DNA of 64,000 bases. Source: an uncultured Candidatus Saccharibacteria bacterium (GTDB lineage Bacteria > Patescibacteriota > Saccharimonadia > Saccharimonadales > CAYZZS01). Each line of letters begins with the position of its first letter. Within the stretch, counting starts at the first letter, position 1. The notes under the pieces are model-generated. The model saw nothing but the letters and a program-made list of their open reading frames with translations, was not told the origin of the DNA and searched no databases. The stretch lies in contig CAYZZS010000002.1 in assembly GCA_964483035.1 (NCBI GenBank), positions 24,872 through 88,871 of the forward strand, in the 5' to 3' direction. Shown here one piece after another: positions 19,304 to 28,015 of this stretch. The translations under genes and the position numbers were made by a program.

Positions 19304-20542
19304 GTGAGGGGACGGGTGTCGGAATTAGACAAACAATCAAACCATGAACGCAAACTAGGCTTTTCCGGTATTCGGGCTGCCGCCGCTGTAATAGGTGTGA
19401 GCGGTGTATTCGCGCTCGGCGTTCTGTTCGGCCAAGGCAAGATAACGATCGGTGCGGATGGTGTATACCGGCAATCAGCCAATACTTCCTTGCCGGCTGA
19501 TCTGGATTACTCAAGTGTCGAGGAAGTCTATGATGCGCTCAGGGCCAGCTATGATGGCAGATTAAGCGTAGAAGATCTCATTAACGGTCTAAAGCGGGGA
19601 TTGGTCGAAGCGAGCGGCGATCCGTACACTGAATTCTTTGACGAAGAGGCTGCCCGGGAATTTAGCAACGAACTAAACGGTTCATTCACCGGTATCGGTG
19701 CGGAGTTAGGTCGGGAGAATGAGTCGATAATTATCGTGGCGCCCATCAGCGGATTTCCGGCAGAAAAAGCCGGCCTGCGCCCCCGTGATGTTATTGCCGA
19801 GGTTGATGGCGAGAGTGCTTATGGCTGGACCGTGCAGCAGGCAGTCAGTAAGATACGCGGCCCAGAAAACACCAACGTAACGCTGAAGGTAGTCCGCGGG
19901 GGAAGTGAAGAGCTGACGTTCGAAATTACGCGGGCCCAAATCACCATCCCGAGCGTTACATCGGAGATTCTGGACGGTAATATCGGCTACCTGCAGATTA
20001 GCCGGTACTCCGAAGACACCTCTCGGCTTGCCCGGACAGCGGCTGAAGACTTTAAGGCAGCCAGCGTGAAGGGTGTAATATTGGATCTGCGCAGTAATCC
20101 CGGCGGACTGCTTGATTCTGCCGTGGATGTCGCTAGTCTCTGGCTGGACAACAAGACAGTACTTGAGGAAAAGCGTGGCGATGTCGTAATAAAGACGTTT
20201 AGGTCCCGTGGTCGGCCGGTACTGCTTGGAGTGCCGACAGCTGTACTGATCAACGAAGGAAGCGCCAGTGCCAGTGAGATTACTGCCGGCGCCCTCAAGG
20301 ATCATGGTGCAGCGACGCTTATTGGAGTAGAGTCGTTTGGGAAGGGCAGCGTACAGCAGGTGGAAGAGCTGCGCGGTGGCGGCGCACTGAAAGTGACGAT
20401 TGCCCGTTGGTTTACGCCACATGGAGTAAATCTTGACAAGGAGGGCATCAAGCCGGATCAGAGTGTCGAATTTACTGAGGACGATTACAAGAACAATCGT
20501 GATCCGCAAAAAGACGCTGCAATCAAATTCCTCAACCAATAG
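19304..20542 (+). CDS. ctpA: Carboxy-terminal processing protease (S41, PDZ-containing) CtpA-like
   Basis: PDZ region (GFPAEKAGLRPRDVI), S41 catalytic region (LDLRSNPGG, GSASASE), GTG start. Confidence 0.85.
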   Translation: MRGRVSELDKQSNHERKLGFSGIRAAAAVIGVSGVFALGVLFGQGKITIGADGVYRQSANTSLPADLDYSSVEEVYDALRASYDGRLSVEDLINGLKRGLVEASGDPYTEFFDEEAAREFSNELNGSFTGIGAELGRENESIIIVAPISGFPAEKAGLRPRDVIAEVDGESAYGWTVQQAVSKIRGPENTNVTLKVVRGGSEELTFEITRAQITIPSVTSEILDGNIGYLQISRYSEDTSRLARTAAEDFKAASVKGVILDLRSNPGGLLDSAVDVASLWLDNKTVLEEKRGDVVIKTFRSRGRPVLLGVPTAVLINEGSASASEITAGALKDHGAATLIGVESFGKGSVQQVEELRGGGALKVTIARWFTPHGVNLDKEGIKPDQSVEFTEDDYKNNRDPQKDAAIKFLNQ

Positions 20543-20642
20543 CCAAATCAAGCTTCCTGGGTAATTTCGGCTGACTGCCCAGTAGGTCTTTGGCCGCCTT
20601 GTCTCGATTCGTTACTTAGAAGACAAAAATTAACATTATCCC

Positions 20643-20671
20643 TTGCGTATAGATAACCACTAGAGTAGTAT
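20643..20671 (+). promoter_or_regulatory. Candidate sigma70 promoter for pyrG (TTGCGT-17-TAGTAT)
   Basis: Hexamer spacing is 17 nt; AGGAG RBS and GTG start follow roughly 25 nt downstream. Confidence 0.35.
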
Positions 20672-20696
20672 CTTTAGTATCAGAGTAGGAGATATA

Positions 20697-22298
20697 GTGG
20701 CTAAACGTACCACGAAGTATGTGTTTGTTACTGGCGGTGTGCTTTCAGGGCTCGGAAAGGGCATCACTGCCGCCTCCATCGGAAACCTTCTCAAAGCCCG
20801 AAAACTCAAAGTCAACATTCAAAAATGCGACCCTTATTTGAACGTCGATGCCGGTACGCTGAATCCGGCTGAGCACGGTGAGTGTTTTGTTACCAAGGAC
20901 GGAGCAGAGACTGATCTTGATCTTGGGCATTACGAGCGGTTTTTAGATCAGGAATTGACCCAGAGTAGTTCGTTGATGAGCGGTCGGGTGCTGCAAAAGG
21001 TAATCACCGATGAGCGCGCCGGCAAATACTCCGGAAAAACAGTTCAATTTATACCACATGTGACGCAGGCGATCCAGGAGCAGATTATTGCAACGGCCGA
21101 GGGGTACGACGTGCACATAGTGGAGATTGGCGGCACGGTCGGCGACTACGAAGGGCTTAGTTTTATTGAGGCTATCCGTGAACTGGCGATGAAAGTCGGA
21201 CGCGAGAACTGTGTGTTTGCACACGTGGTGTACGTACCGTATTTGGGTGCCAGCAAAGAGTTCAAAACCAAGCCAGCCCAGAATGCCGTACGTGAGCTTA
21301 GGGGCCTGGGTATCGTTCCGGACGTCCTCGTAGCACGCAGCGAAGAGCATCCACCGGCATCGGCTATTAAGAAGCTAAGCCTGTTTAGTGGCGTGGAAGA
21401 GCGGGCAATTGTACTGCTGCCCAATGCTAGGTCTATTTATGAAGTGCCATTGACACTCGAAGAGGCGGGTATAGCGAACGTCATCGTTGAAAAGTTACGG
21501 CTCAAAGCCTCAAAGCCACAGCTGAAAGAGTGGGAGAGCGTGGTGAAGCGGGCAATCGGTAACCATAAGCAAAAACTGACAGTCGGAGTTGTCGCGAAGT
21601 ATCTTGATAATCAAGACACCTATATGTCGGTACTCGAAGCTCTCCGCTCAGCTGCCTGGTGGAACGACGTCATCGTTGATATTGTCTGGGTTGATGCTGA
21701 GGAGCTGGAGCAGGCAAAGGGCTGGGAGAAAGCCTTTGCTGATATAGACGGTATTGTGGTTCCAGGCGGTTTCGGCGGCCGCGGTATCGAGGGTAAGATC
21801 CGGGCGGCCCAGTATGCGTTGACGAACAAGCTGCCGTATCTTGGTCTGTGCCTCGGCATGCAAGTTGCGGTCATTGCAGCGGCCAGACTTTCAGGACTTA
21901 CGGATGCCAACTCAACCGAATTTGATCCTAAAAGCGAACACCAGGTCATCAGTACGATGGCAGACCAATTGGGTAAAGAGCATACCGGCGGCACCATGCG
22001 GCTCGGTGATTACCCGTGCGTCATTGAAAAGGGCAGTGTAGCGGCTAAGATATACGGTGCAACGAAAATTACTGAACGGCACCGGCATCGGTACGAGGCG
22101 AATAACGAGTACCGTGATAGGTATGAGTCATGGGGGATTAAGGCGGTTGGTCATTCACCGGATGGTACGTTGGTGGAGATGATCGAGGCGATTAACCATC
22201 CATTCATGGTTGCCAGCCAGTTTCATCCGGAATTCAAGTCCCGTCCCAATCGACCACATCCATTGTTTAACGGCTTCGTACGGTCCCTAAAACGCTAA
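20697..22298 (+). CDS. pyrG: CTP synthase
   Basis: Full-length similarity; glutamine amidotransferase triad region (GLCLGMQ), GTG start with AGGAG RBS. Confidence 0.95.
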   Translation: MAKRTTKYVFVTGGVLSGLGKGITAASIGNLLKARKLKVNIQKCDPYLNVDAGTLNPAEHGECFVTKDGAETDLDLGHYERFLDQELTQSSSLMSGRVLQKVITDERAGKYSGKTVQFIPHVTQAIQEQIIATAEGYDVHIVEIGGTVGDYEGLSFIEAIRELAMKVGRENCVFAHVVYVPYLGASKEFKTKPAQNAVRELRGLGIVPDVLVARSEEHPPASAIKKLSLFSGVEERAIVLLPNARSIYEVPLTLEEAGIANVIVEKLRLKASKPQLKEWESVVKRAIGNHKQKLTVGVVAKYLDNQDTYMSVLEALRSAAWWNDVIVDIVWVDAEELEQAKGWEKAFADIDGIVVPGGFGGRGIEGKIRAAQYALTNKLPYLGLCLGMQVAVIAAARLSGLTDANSTEFDPKSEHQVISTMADQLGKEHTGGTMRLGDYPCVIEKGSVAAKIYGATKITERHRHRYEANNEYRDRYESWGIKAVGHSPDGTLVEMIEAINHPFMVASQFHPEFKSRPNRPHPLFNGFVRSLKR

Positions 22299-22398
22299 GA
22301 GCGGCCGTCAGTACGCAGCATTCAATCCATCGCCTAGCAGTTGCAAAAATTACCAAAAGCTATTTGCTATTTTGGGGGTACTGCGTTAGCATTTCTGT

Positions 22399-22809
22399 AT
22401 GGACCAGTCTGTAACTCCTTCTACAAATCCGCAACCACAAGCCAAAAAAGTACTGCTCGTCGAAGACGATGACAGTCTGGCAAATGTCTATCAAACCCGC
22501 TTGCAAGCCGAAGGCTTTAATGTCAAGCGAGTACCAAATGGCGAAGACGCGCTGGCGTCAGCCATGGAATTCCGCCCGGATTTGATTCTGCTAGATGTGA
22601 TGATGCCGAAGGTGAACGGCTTTGATGTACTGGATATTCTTAGGAATACGCCGGACACGGCTAATGTCAAGGTGGTGATGCTCACGGCACTTAGCCAGGA
22701 GAGTGATCGGCAGCGTGCGACAGAGCTAGGGGTTGATGACTACATGGTCAAATCCCAGGTTGTTATTGCGGATGTTGTAGAGAGAATCAAAAACCATTTA
22801 AATCAGTAG
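22399..22809 (+). CDS. Stand-alone response regulator receiver domain (CheY-like)
   Basis: LLVEDDD acidic pocket, DLILLDVMMP phospho-Asp, conserved T and K positions; no output domain. Confidence 0.85.
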   Translation: MDQSVTPSTNPQPQAKKVLLVEDDDSLANVYQTRLQAEGFNVKRVPNGEDALASAMEFRPDLILLDVMMPKVNGFDVLDILRNTPDTANVKVVMLTALSQESDRQRATELGVDDYMVKSQVVIADVVERIKNHLNQ

Positions 22810-22858
22810 AGCTCAAGCCGGCTTATCGGCCGGCCGGTTAGGTAGGGGTGCCGGGAGA

Positions 22859-24913
22859 ATGACGCCTAATTTGAACGAAGAGATTGAAGCGGCGGCTGCA
22901 AAAGGTGTGCCGCCGCAATACATTGCGTCATCTTTGATTGCTGCAGGCTGGCCGGAGAGCCTTGTCAACCAGGCGATCGCCAGCTGGCGTATGCGGCGGC
23001 CTGCACAGCGCACAGTCGGGTTCCGTAGTTGGCTTGCTAGATATCGGTCGCGTGCCCTGCCGGCAGTTATCACTATGATAGCGTTTGGCTGTATCAGCGT
23101 AGCGATCATTTTACTCAAGCCATGGCCAACTAAGATTATGATTGACTCCGCCTTCGGTCCGTACACCGCGCCCGGTCCGCTTGCACCGCTGACCGGTAAG
23201 CCGGAGCTTATTCTCGTTACTGCTATACTTACGATTATTATTTTTCTAGTCGGATCTGCATTCCATTTGCTAAAAAACTATACGCTACTGAAGCTTAGCT
23301 TTTGGCTGAACCGGGATATTAAGGAAGAGTCGTTCCGTCACATACTGCACCTGCCGCTGTATCACCAGGAGCGGTTGGCGAAGGGTGATTATGTGTATCG
23401 TCAGAATATCGTGACTAATAGTCTGGCGGACTACGTCCTTGGCACGACGGCATCGATTGGCGAGTCGGTAATAATGGTTATTAGCGTTCTTACGGTCATG
23501 CTGTACTTTAGCGTTGAGTTGACGATTATCAGTGTCATCCTGGTGCCGTTTCTTTTTGTGCTTATTCGGATGTTTGGTCCGCCGCTCGGTAAAATCGCCC
23601 GCGAGAGCGCCGAAGTTGCCAGTAAAACCTCTGCGGTTCTGCATGAGTCAGTTGATAACGCCGAAGCTGTACAGGCATACACGCTTGAAGAGAAGCAGAT
23701 CATGAAGGCAAACAGCTTGTGGCAGAGGGGTTACGAGTTATCAAAACTGGGCCTGTTCTGGGGTCACGCTTTCAGGTCGGTTAACTCGTTGCTCATAATC
23801 TTAGGAACCTCAGCAGTCATGTATTTCGGCGGTATGTCGGTGCTCAAGCAGGAGATTACAATCGGTGAGCTGCTGATTTTCATGACGTATATGGGGTATC
23901 TTCTTGGTCCAATCGAGGCCATTGCTACGCAGCTGGCTGCTCGAAAACAGAAGCTAGTGGATGTCGGCCGAGTTCATGAAATCATGAGTGACCATGAAGG
24001 GATTGAGTTCCTGCGACAAGGTATTCCGTTTGAGCCGGGAAGTGGGAAGATCGAGTTTCAGAACGTGTCGTATAGCTATGGTGATGTCTCTGTACTACAA
24101 GGTCTGAATCTGACGATTGAGGCAGGCCAGAAGGTTGCAATCATCGGGCCGAGCGGCAGCGGAAAAACAACAATCGCTAAGATGCTACCACTCTTTATTC
24201 AGCCGGCTGAAGGGCGTATTTTGGTTGATGGTATAGATACACAGACCGTATCGCTTCAGCAGCTGCGTCAGAAGATCGCCTGGATCGGGCAGACGCCGCA
24301 GCTGTTTGGCCAGTCGGTGCTGGAGAATATCCTAGACGGCGATGTCTATCGCCGCCCCACCGAAGAAGAGGTTCGTGAGGTGATGCGGGTCGCCCATGTC
24401 GATGAATTTGTCGCTAAGATGCCTATGGGTGTACAGACGATGGTTGGCGAGGAGGGGAGTACGCTGAGCGGCGGCCAGCGTCAGCGCGTCTCGATAGCCC
24501 GGGGACTGCTCAAGCAGGCGCCTATTTTATGTATGGACGAACCGACGGCAGCACTTGATAGCAAGAGTGAGAACTATATCCGTGATGCACTTATGCCCGC
24601 CATGCAGGGCAGGACCGTGCTGATGATTACGCATCGTAAATCACTACTCAAGTTGATGGACAAAATATATGTTCTGGATAACGGAGTGCTTCGTGATGTC
24701 AATGAGCTGGGCGGTATTGATCGGTACCTGCAGAAAATTGAGGGAGAAGACAATCGACAGGACGCAAAAGCTAAGCGTTTTGAGCATTTGATTGACGAAT
24801 ACATACAGTATAGCCGCCAGCGAAATCGTCGGATTGCGGAGTCGCTGGAGAGTTGGTCAGCTGCTTCTCCTGATGCGCTGGGCGGCAGCCCGCCGTTCGA
24901 TACCGATAGCTAG
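22859..24913 (+). CDS. ABC exporter, fused permease + ATPase (MsbA-like) with roughly 70-aa N-terminal helical extension
   Basis: 6 TM region, Walker A GPSGSGKTT, LSGGQRQR, DEPTAALD; N-terminal AGWP-containing module shared with the 51550 gene. Confidence 0.85.
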   Translation: MTPNLNEEIEAAAAKGVPPQYIASSLIAAGWPESLVNQAIASWRMRRPAQRTVGFRSWLARYRSRALPAVITMIAFGCISVAIILLKPWPTKIMIDSAFGPYTAPGPLAPLTGKPELILVTAILTIIIFLVGSAFHLLKNYTLLKLSFWLNRDIKEESFRHILHLPLYHQERLAKGDYVYRQNIVTNSLADYVLGTTASIGESVIMVISVLTVMLYFSVELTIISVILVPFLFVLIRMFGPPLGKIARESAEVASKTSAVLHESVDNAEAVQAYTLEEKQIMKANSLWQRGYELSKLGLFWGHAFRSVNSLLIILGTSAVMYFGGMSVLKQEITIGELLIFMTYMGYLLGPIEAIATQLAARKQKLVDVGRVHEIMSDHEGIEFLRQGIPFEPGSGKIEFQNVSYSYGDVSVLQGLNLTIEAGQKVAIIGPSGSGKTTIAKMLPLFIQPAEGRILVDGIDTQTVSLQQLRQKIAWIGQTPQLFGQSVLENILDGDVYRRPTEEEVREVMRVAHVDEFVAKMPMGVQTMVGEEGSTLSGGQRQRVSIARGLLKQAPILCMDEPTAALDSKSENYIRDALMPAMQGRTVLMITHRKSLLKLMDKIYVLDNGVLRDVNELGGIDRYLQKIEGEDNRQDAKAKRFEHLIDEYIQYSRQRNRRIAESLESWSAASPDALGGSPPFDTDS

Positions 24914-25005
24914 ATCATTAGCTTGATAGCTTATAAGAGCACATATAAGAGTTACGGGGTGTCAGAATATAATAAGCGACTTGTTTATTGCAGTAGGCTT
25001 AGTGC

Positions 25006-25533
25006 CTAGCGCCCAACGAAGTTATTCCAGTCTTCGTCAGCCCGTCGCCGCGCCTCTAGCCAGGTCATGCCGGGGTACTGATCGATGAGGGCCCGGGCGT
25101 TATTGCGAAGTCTGGCGTCCAGATCGGCCAGCTCACCTTTTGGTAGGTGGGACTTTATGTATTCGTCTAAATCGGCATCAATATGTGCCCGTGCCTGCTC
25201 CGGTGTCATCCATGGGTTTTCTTTGTTGTAGGCCTGCGCCCGTTCGCGCAATTTCTGTTCAATATTAGCAAGCCAGTCTTCTCCGCTAAGTGCTTTAATC
25301 TGGCCGCTCTTGTAACGGTTCTGATACTTTGCCCGATATAGCTTATCCAGCAGCTCCTTAAGCAGGGACTTTTCGTTTGAGGTTAATCGCGCATGGGTGC
25401 CTTGGGCTTTTATCTTGGCAATAACCTCTTTGGCACTAGGTCTAATAGAGGCAGAGGGGCGCTCCGAAACCTGTGTGACGGATATTTTCTTCTTTGGTTT
25501 GCTGCTGGTTGATTTCTTGGCTTTGGCGTTCAT
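25006..25533 (-). CDS. Hypothetical protein with basic K/S-rich N-terminus and two 'ARxxAD.DW.NFV'-type repeats
   Basis: Motifs EQARAHIDADLDEYIKS and LEARRRADEDWNNFVGR match the repeat family of the adjacent large gene. Confidence 0.55.
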   Translation of the reverse strand: MNAKAKKSTSSKPKKKISVTQVSERPSASIRPSAKEVIAKIKAQGTHARLTSNEKSLLKELLDKLYRAKYQNRYKSGQIKALSGEDWLANIEQKLRERAQAYNKENPWMTPEQARAHIDADLDEYIKSHLPKGELADLDARLRNNARALIDQYPGMTWLEARRRADEDWNNFVGR

Positions 25534-25568
25534 GACTCTGGCTACAGTTAATTAGCTACCCCTGATGA

Positions 25569-27818
25569 TTACCACGGAACATTACCGTTTGCGTCCATAG
25601 GTACGCTGTTATAGAGTGCACCCGCGATGTCTACAGCATTTTCAGGCGTGACACCTGGTGCACTAGCCGGTAGGTTAGCGGCGATTTGCTGGAGTCGCTG
25701 TTCATGAGCCGCTGCTTCTTGGGCTGCAACGAAATTCTGGAAATTCGTATCAGCGATGGCTCTTGCTTCAGCCCAGCTTGAAGCCTGTCCGCTTGTTAGG
25801 AGTTCCGTTGCATTTTTGTCAAGTGCTTCGTCAAGCTGCGCTAATTCGGGACTGGCGTTTGGACGGGTGAGGAAGTTTTCCCAGTCTCGGTCTGCCATGG
25901 CTCGGGCGACATGCGGAGCATACCCTTGGCTGACATACACTTGCGCATTTTCATTGAGGGCGTGCTCTAGCCTTGCTAAGTCATCCTGTGCTTTTAGGAC
26001 TTCAGGGGGCAGCTCATCTTGGTTCGTATTGATTGGTGCTGCCGGGTCGGTCGTGATGGCGGGTGCAGGAGTAGACACCGGCTGCTCCTGCCAGGGGTTT
26101 GCCTCTAGCCATGGATCCGGTGATGATGATTGCTGTGGTGGTTCCTGGGGCTGCACCCACGGTTCTCCGGGTTGATTTACCCAGGGTTGTTGCTGCCATG
26201 ACTCTTGCTGCTTCTGCGCTTCCTGTTCCTGCTGCCACTGTTGCTGTGCCTGTCCGACCGGGTCAACCCATGAGGGCTGCTGTGCTACATTGTAGTCTAC
26301 GGCGATGCTATTGGCTTCGGCGGCCGCGCGATCGGCTGCATATCGCTCTTCTTGCTCTCGTGCCTTTAGAACTTCGGGGGGCAGTTCATCCTGATTCATA
26401 TTGATTGGAGCTGTCGGATCGGATGTTATTTCCGGCGCAGGGACGGTTACCGGCTGTTGTGAGCGGACGAAATCGTTGAATTCGCGGTCGGCCTGGGCTC
26501 GCGCGTCATCCCAGCTCATACCGGTCTCGCGTGATATTTCAGCTGCCCGGTCGTCCATCCTTTTGATGAAGGTATTCCACTCGTCTTCGACCCGATACCT
26601 GGCTTCACTTTCAGGTACGCCCGGGTTTTTCCGCATGTACTCCTCGGTCTGTTTATTCAGATGGTCTTCGAGCTTGGCGAGGTCATCGCTGCTTTTGCCG
26701 CTCTCTACATCGCCAACGAAATTCTGGAAGTCAACCTCAGCCTGGGCCCGTGCCTTGTTAAAGTCATCGCCGTACATTTCGGGGAAGCGGCGCATGAGCT
26801 CACGAGCGTTGTAATCCAGCCGGGCGGAGAGTTCAGCCAGCGGATCCATACCAAGGCCGGTATTGAGATGCGCCGGGTTGTCTTCGTTGTGATGGTTTGG
26901 CGTCACGCTGACCGGATTGCCCGCGGCAGCTTCGGCTTGCGCCCTTTCCCAGTCGCTGACCGGCTGATCTGTCCCCGTGAGTAATCCTGCTTTCGCATCT
27001 TCAATGATACGGTCCGGGGAAGGTCCGCCTCGCAGTTCGTCTTTCGCATCTTCGATTATTTGATCAGGTGAGCGAGACGAGCTATTGTCTGTGAATGTGT
27101 GGTTACGAAAGCCGTCACTGGCCGGGAGGTTGAAAGGGTTGTCGTCGATGAGCGGCTTGGCGGCAACATCGTAATCCTGGGCTGCCGCATTGGCTTGTGC
27201 GGCTTTCTCGGCTGGGGTCAATTGCCGTGCGCCGCTTGGTGACGGGCCATCCTGGTCCGTTACGGATACTTTGACCGGATTACCGACCGCGGCTTCTTCC
27301 TGGGCCTTATCGTCGCGGCCCAGCAGTCGGTCGGTGATAGGATCAGGGATTGATGTCGGCTGTTGCCTGTAGGGGGAGTTGCCGGCCGGTGAACTCTCCT
27401 GGGCATTCAAAGCGTTGCGGTTAGTGCCCAAATCGGCGGCGGCTGCCGGCTGGCTGGTGCTGCTTCTGGACTCCTGCCTCACTTCGGAATTCGAGTTTGA
27501 GCTGCGATCCCCGGAGGCGACAGGCGCAGTGTAACTGGTCCGGCGGCTTGCTTCTTCTTTGGCGCGGCGTTCGACTTCCGATTCAGTGCGCACGCCGCCC
27601 TTGCCGGGCTGTTCAGCGGCGCCTAACCCGGCTTCTTCCGGACCGCCTTTTTTCGGAATATTGCTCTTAGCAGTAGTGCTGCTGTCGGAATTGTCTGCCT
27701 GGCTGTCATCTTCGGGCTGTCTCATGATGGCCTGTGACCAGTCATCGATGCGGCGGACTACACGGAAGTCATCGCCGTTGCTACCATTATTATCTGTTGA
27801 GTTGTTGTCCGGTTCCAT
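25569..27818 (-). CDS. Large low-complexity repeat protein (749 aa) with at least five roughly 40-aa 'L..L...L..NA.EL....P.M....ARAxADxDWxNFV' repeats, S/N/Q-rich N-terminal half and Q/W-rich segment
   Basis: Repeats at aa ~325-370, 378-420, 433-453, 612-652, 658-700; additional internal duplications (SPDxIIEDAK x2; PAPxIT.DP.APIN.NQDELPPEVLKA x2). Confidence 0.6.
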   Translation of the reverse strand: MEPDNNSTDNNGSNGDDFRVVRRIDDWSQAIMRQPEDDSQADNSDSSTTAKSNIPKKGGPEEAGLGAAEQPGKGGVRTESEVERRAKEEASRRTSYTAPVASGDRSSNSNSEVRQESRSSTSQPAAAADLGTNRNALNAQESSPAGNSPYRQQPTSIPDPITDRLLGRDDKAQEEAAVGNPVKVSVTDQDGPSPSGARQLTPAEKAAQANAAAQDYDVAAKPLIDDNPFNLPASDGFRNHTFTDNSSSRSPDQIIEDAKDELRGGPSPDRIIEDAKAGLLTGTDQPVSDWERAQAEAAAGNPVSVTPNHHNEDNPAHLNTGLGMDPLAELSARLDYNARELMRRFPEMYGDDFNKARAQAEVDFQNFVGDVESGKSSDDLAKLEDHLNKQTEEYMRKNPGVPESEARYRVEDEWNTFIKRMDDRAAEISRETGMSWDDARAQADREFNDFVRSQQPVTVPAPEITSDPTAPINMNQDELPPEVLKAREQEERYAADRAAAEANSIAVDYNVAQQPSWVDPVGQAQQQWQQEQEAQKQQESWQQQPWVNQPGEPWVQPQEPPQQSSSPDPWLEANPWQEQPVSTPAPAITTDPAAPINTNQDELPPEVLKAQDDLARLEHALNENAQVYVSQGYAPHVARAMADRDWENFLTRPNASPELAQLDEALDKNATELLTSGQASSWAEARAIADTNFQNFVAAQEAAAHEQRLQQIAANLPASAPGVTPENAVDIAGALYNSVPMDANGNVPW
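25976..26066 (-). repeat. Intragenic direct repeat copy (roughly 85% identical to 26363-26453)
   Basis: Encodes PVSTPAPAITTDPAAPINTNQDELPPEVLKA; the nucleotide similarity to the second copy is visible by eye. Confidence 0.6.
26363..26453 (-). repeat. Intragenic direct repeat copy (pairs with 25976-26066)
   Basis: Encodes PVTVPAPEITSDPTAPINMNQDELPPEVLKA. Confidence 0.6.
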
Positions 27819-27957
27819 ATACTGCGCACCTTTTTATTTTTTAAACAGTGTATACCTTGAGCATAAGCGGTTAGATTCTTCACGTCAAATCTTTTTTACA
27901 ACTTTTTGATATACGCATTAACAATCGCGCATAGGTAGTCTTATTAACGTAAGCATA

Positions 27958-27986
27958 TTGACAAAACAGCAATATTTTGCTAAAAT
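27958..27986 (+). promoter_or_regulatory. Near-consensus sigma70 promoter (TTGACA-17-TAAAAT) for the PP2C-FHA gene
   Basis: Perfect -35 hexamer, 17-nt spacer, TAAAAT -10; roughly 25-nt A/C-rich leader without Shine-Dalgarno before ATG 28016. Confidence 0.55.
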
Positions 27987-28015
27987 AAGATATGTAACGT
28001 ACAAAAACAAACATT

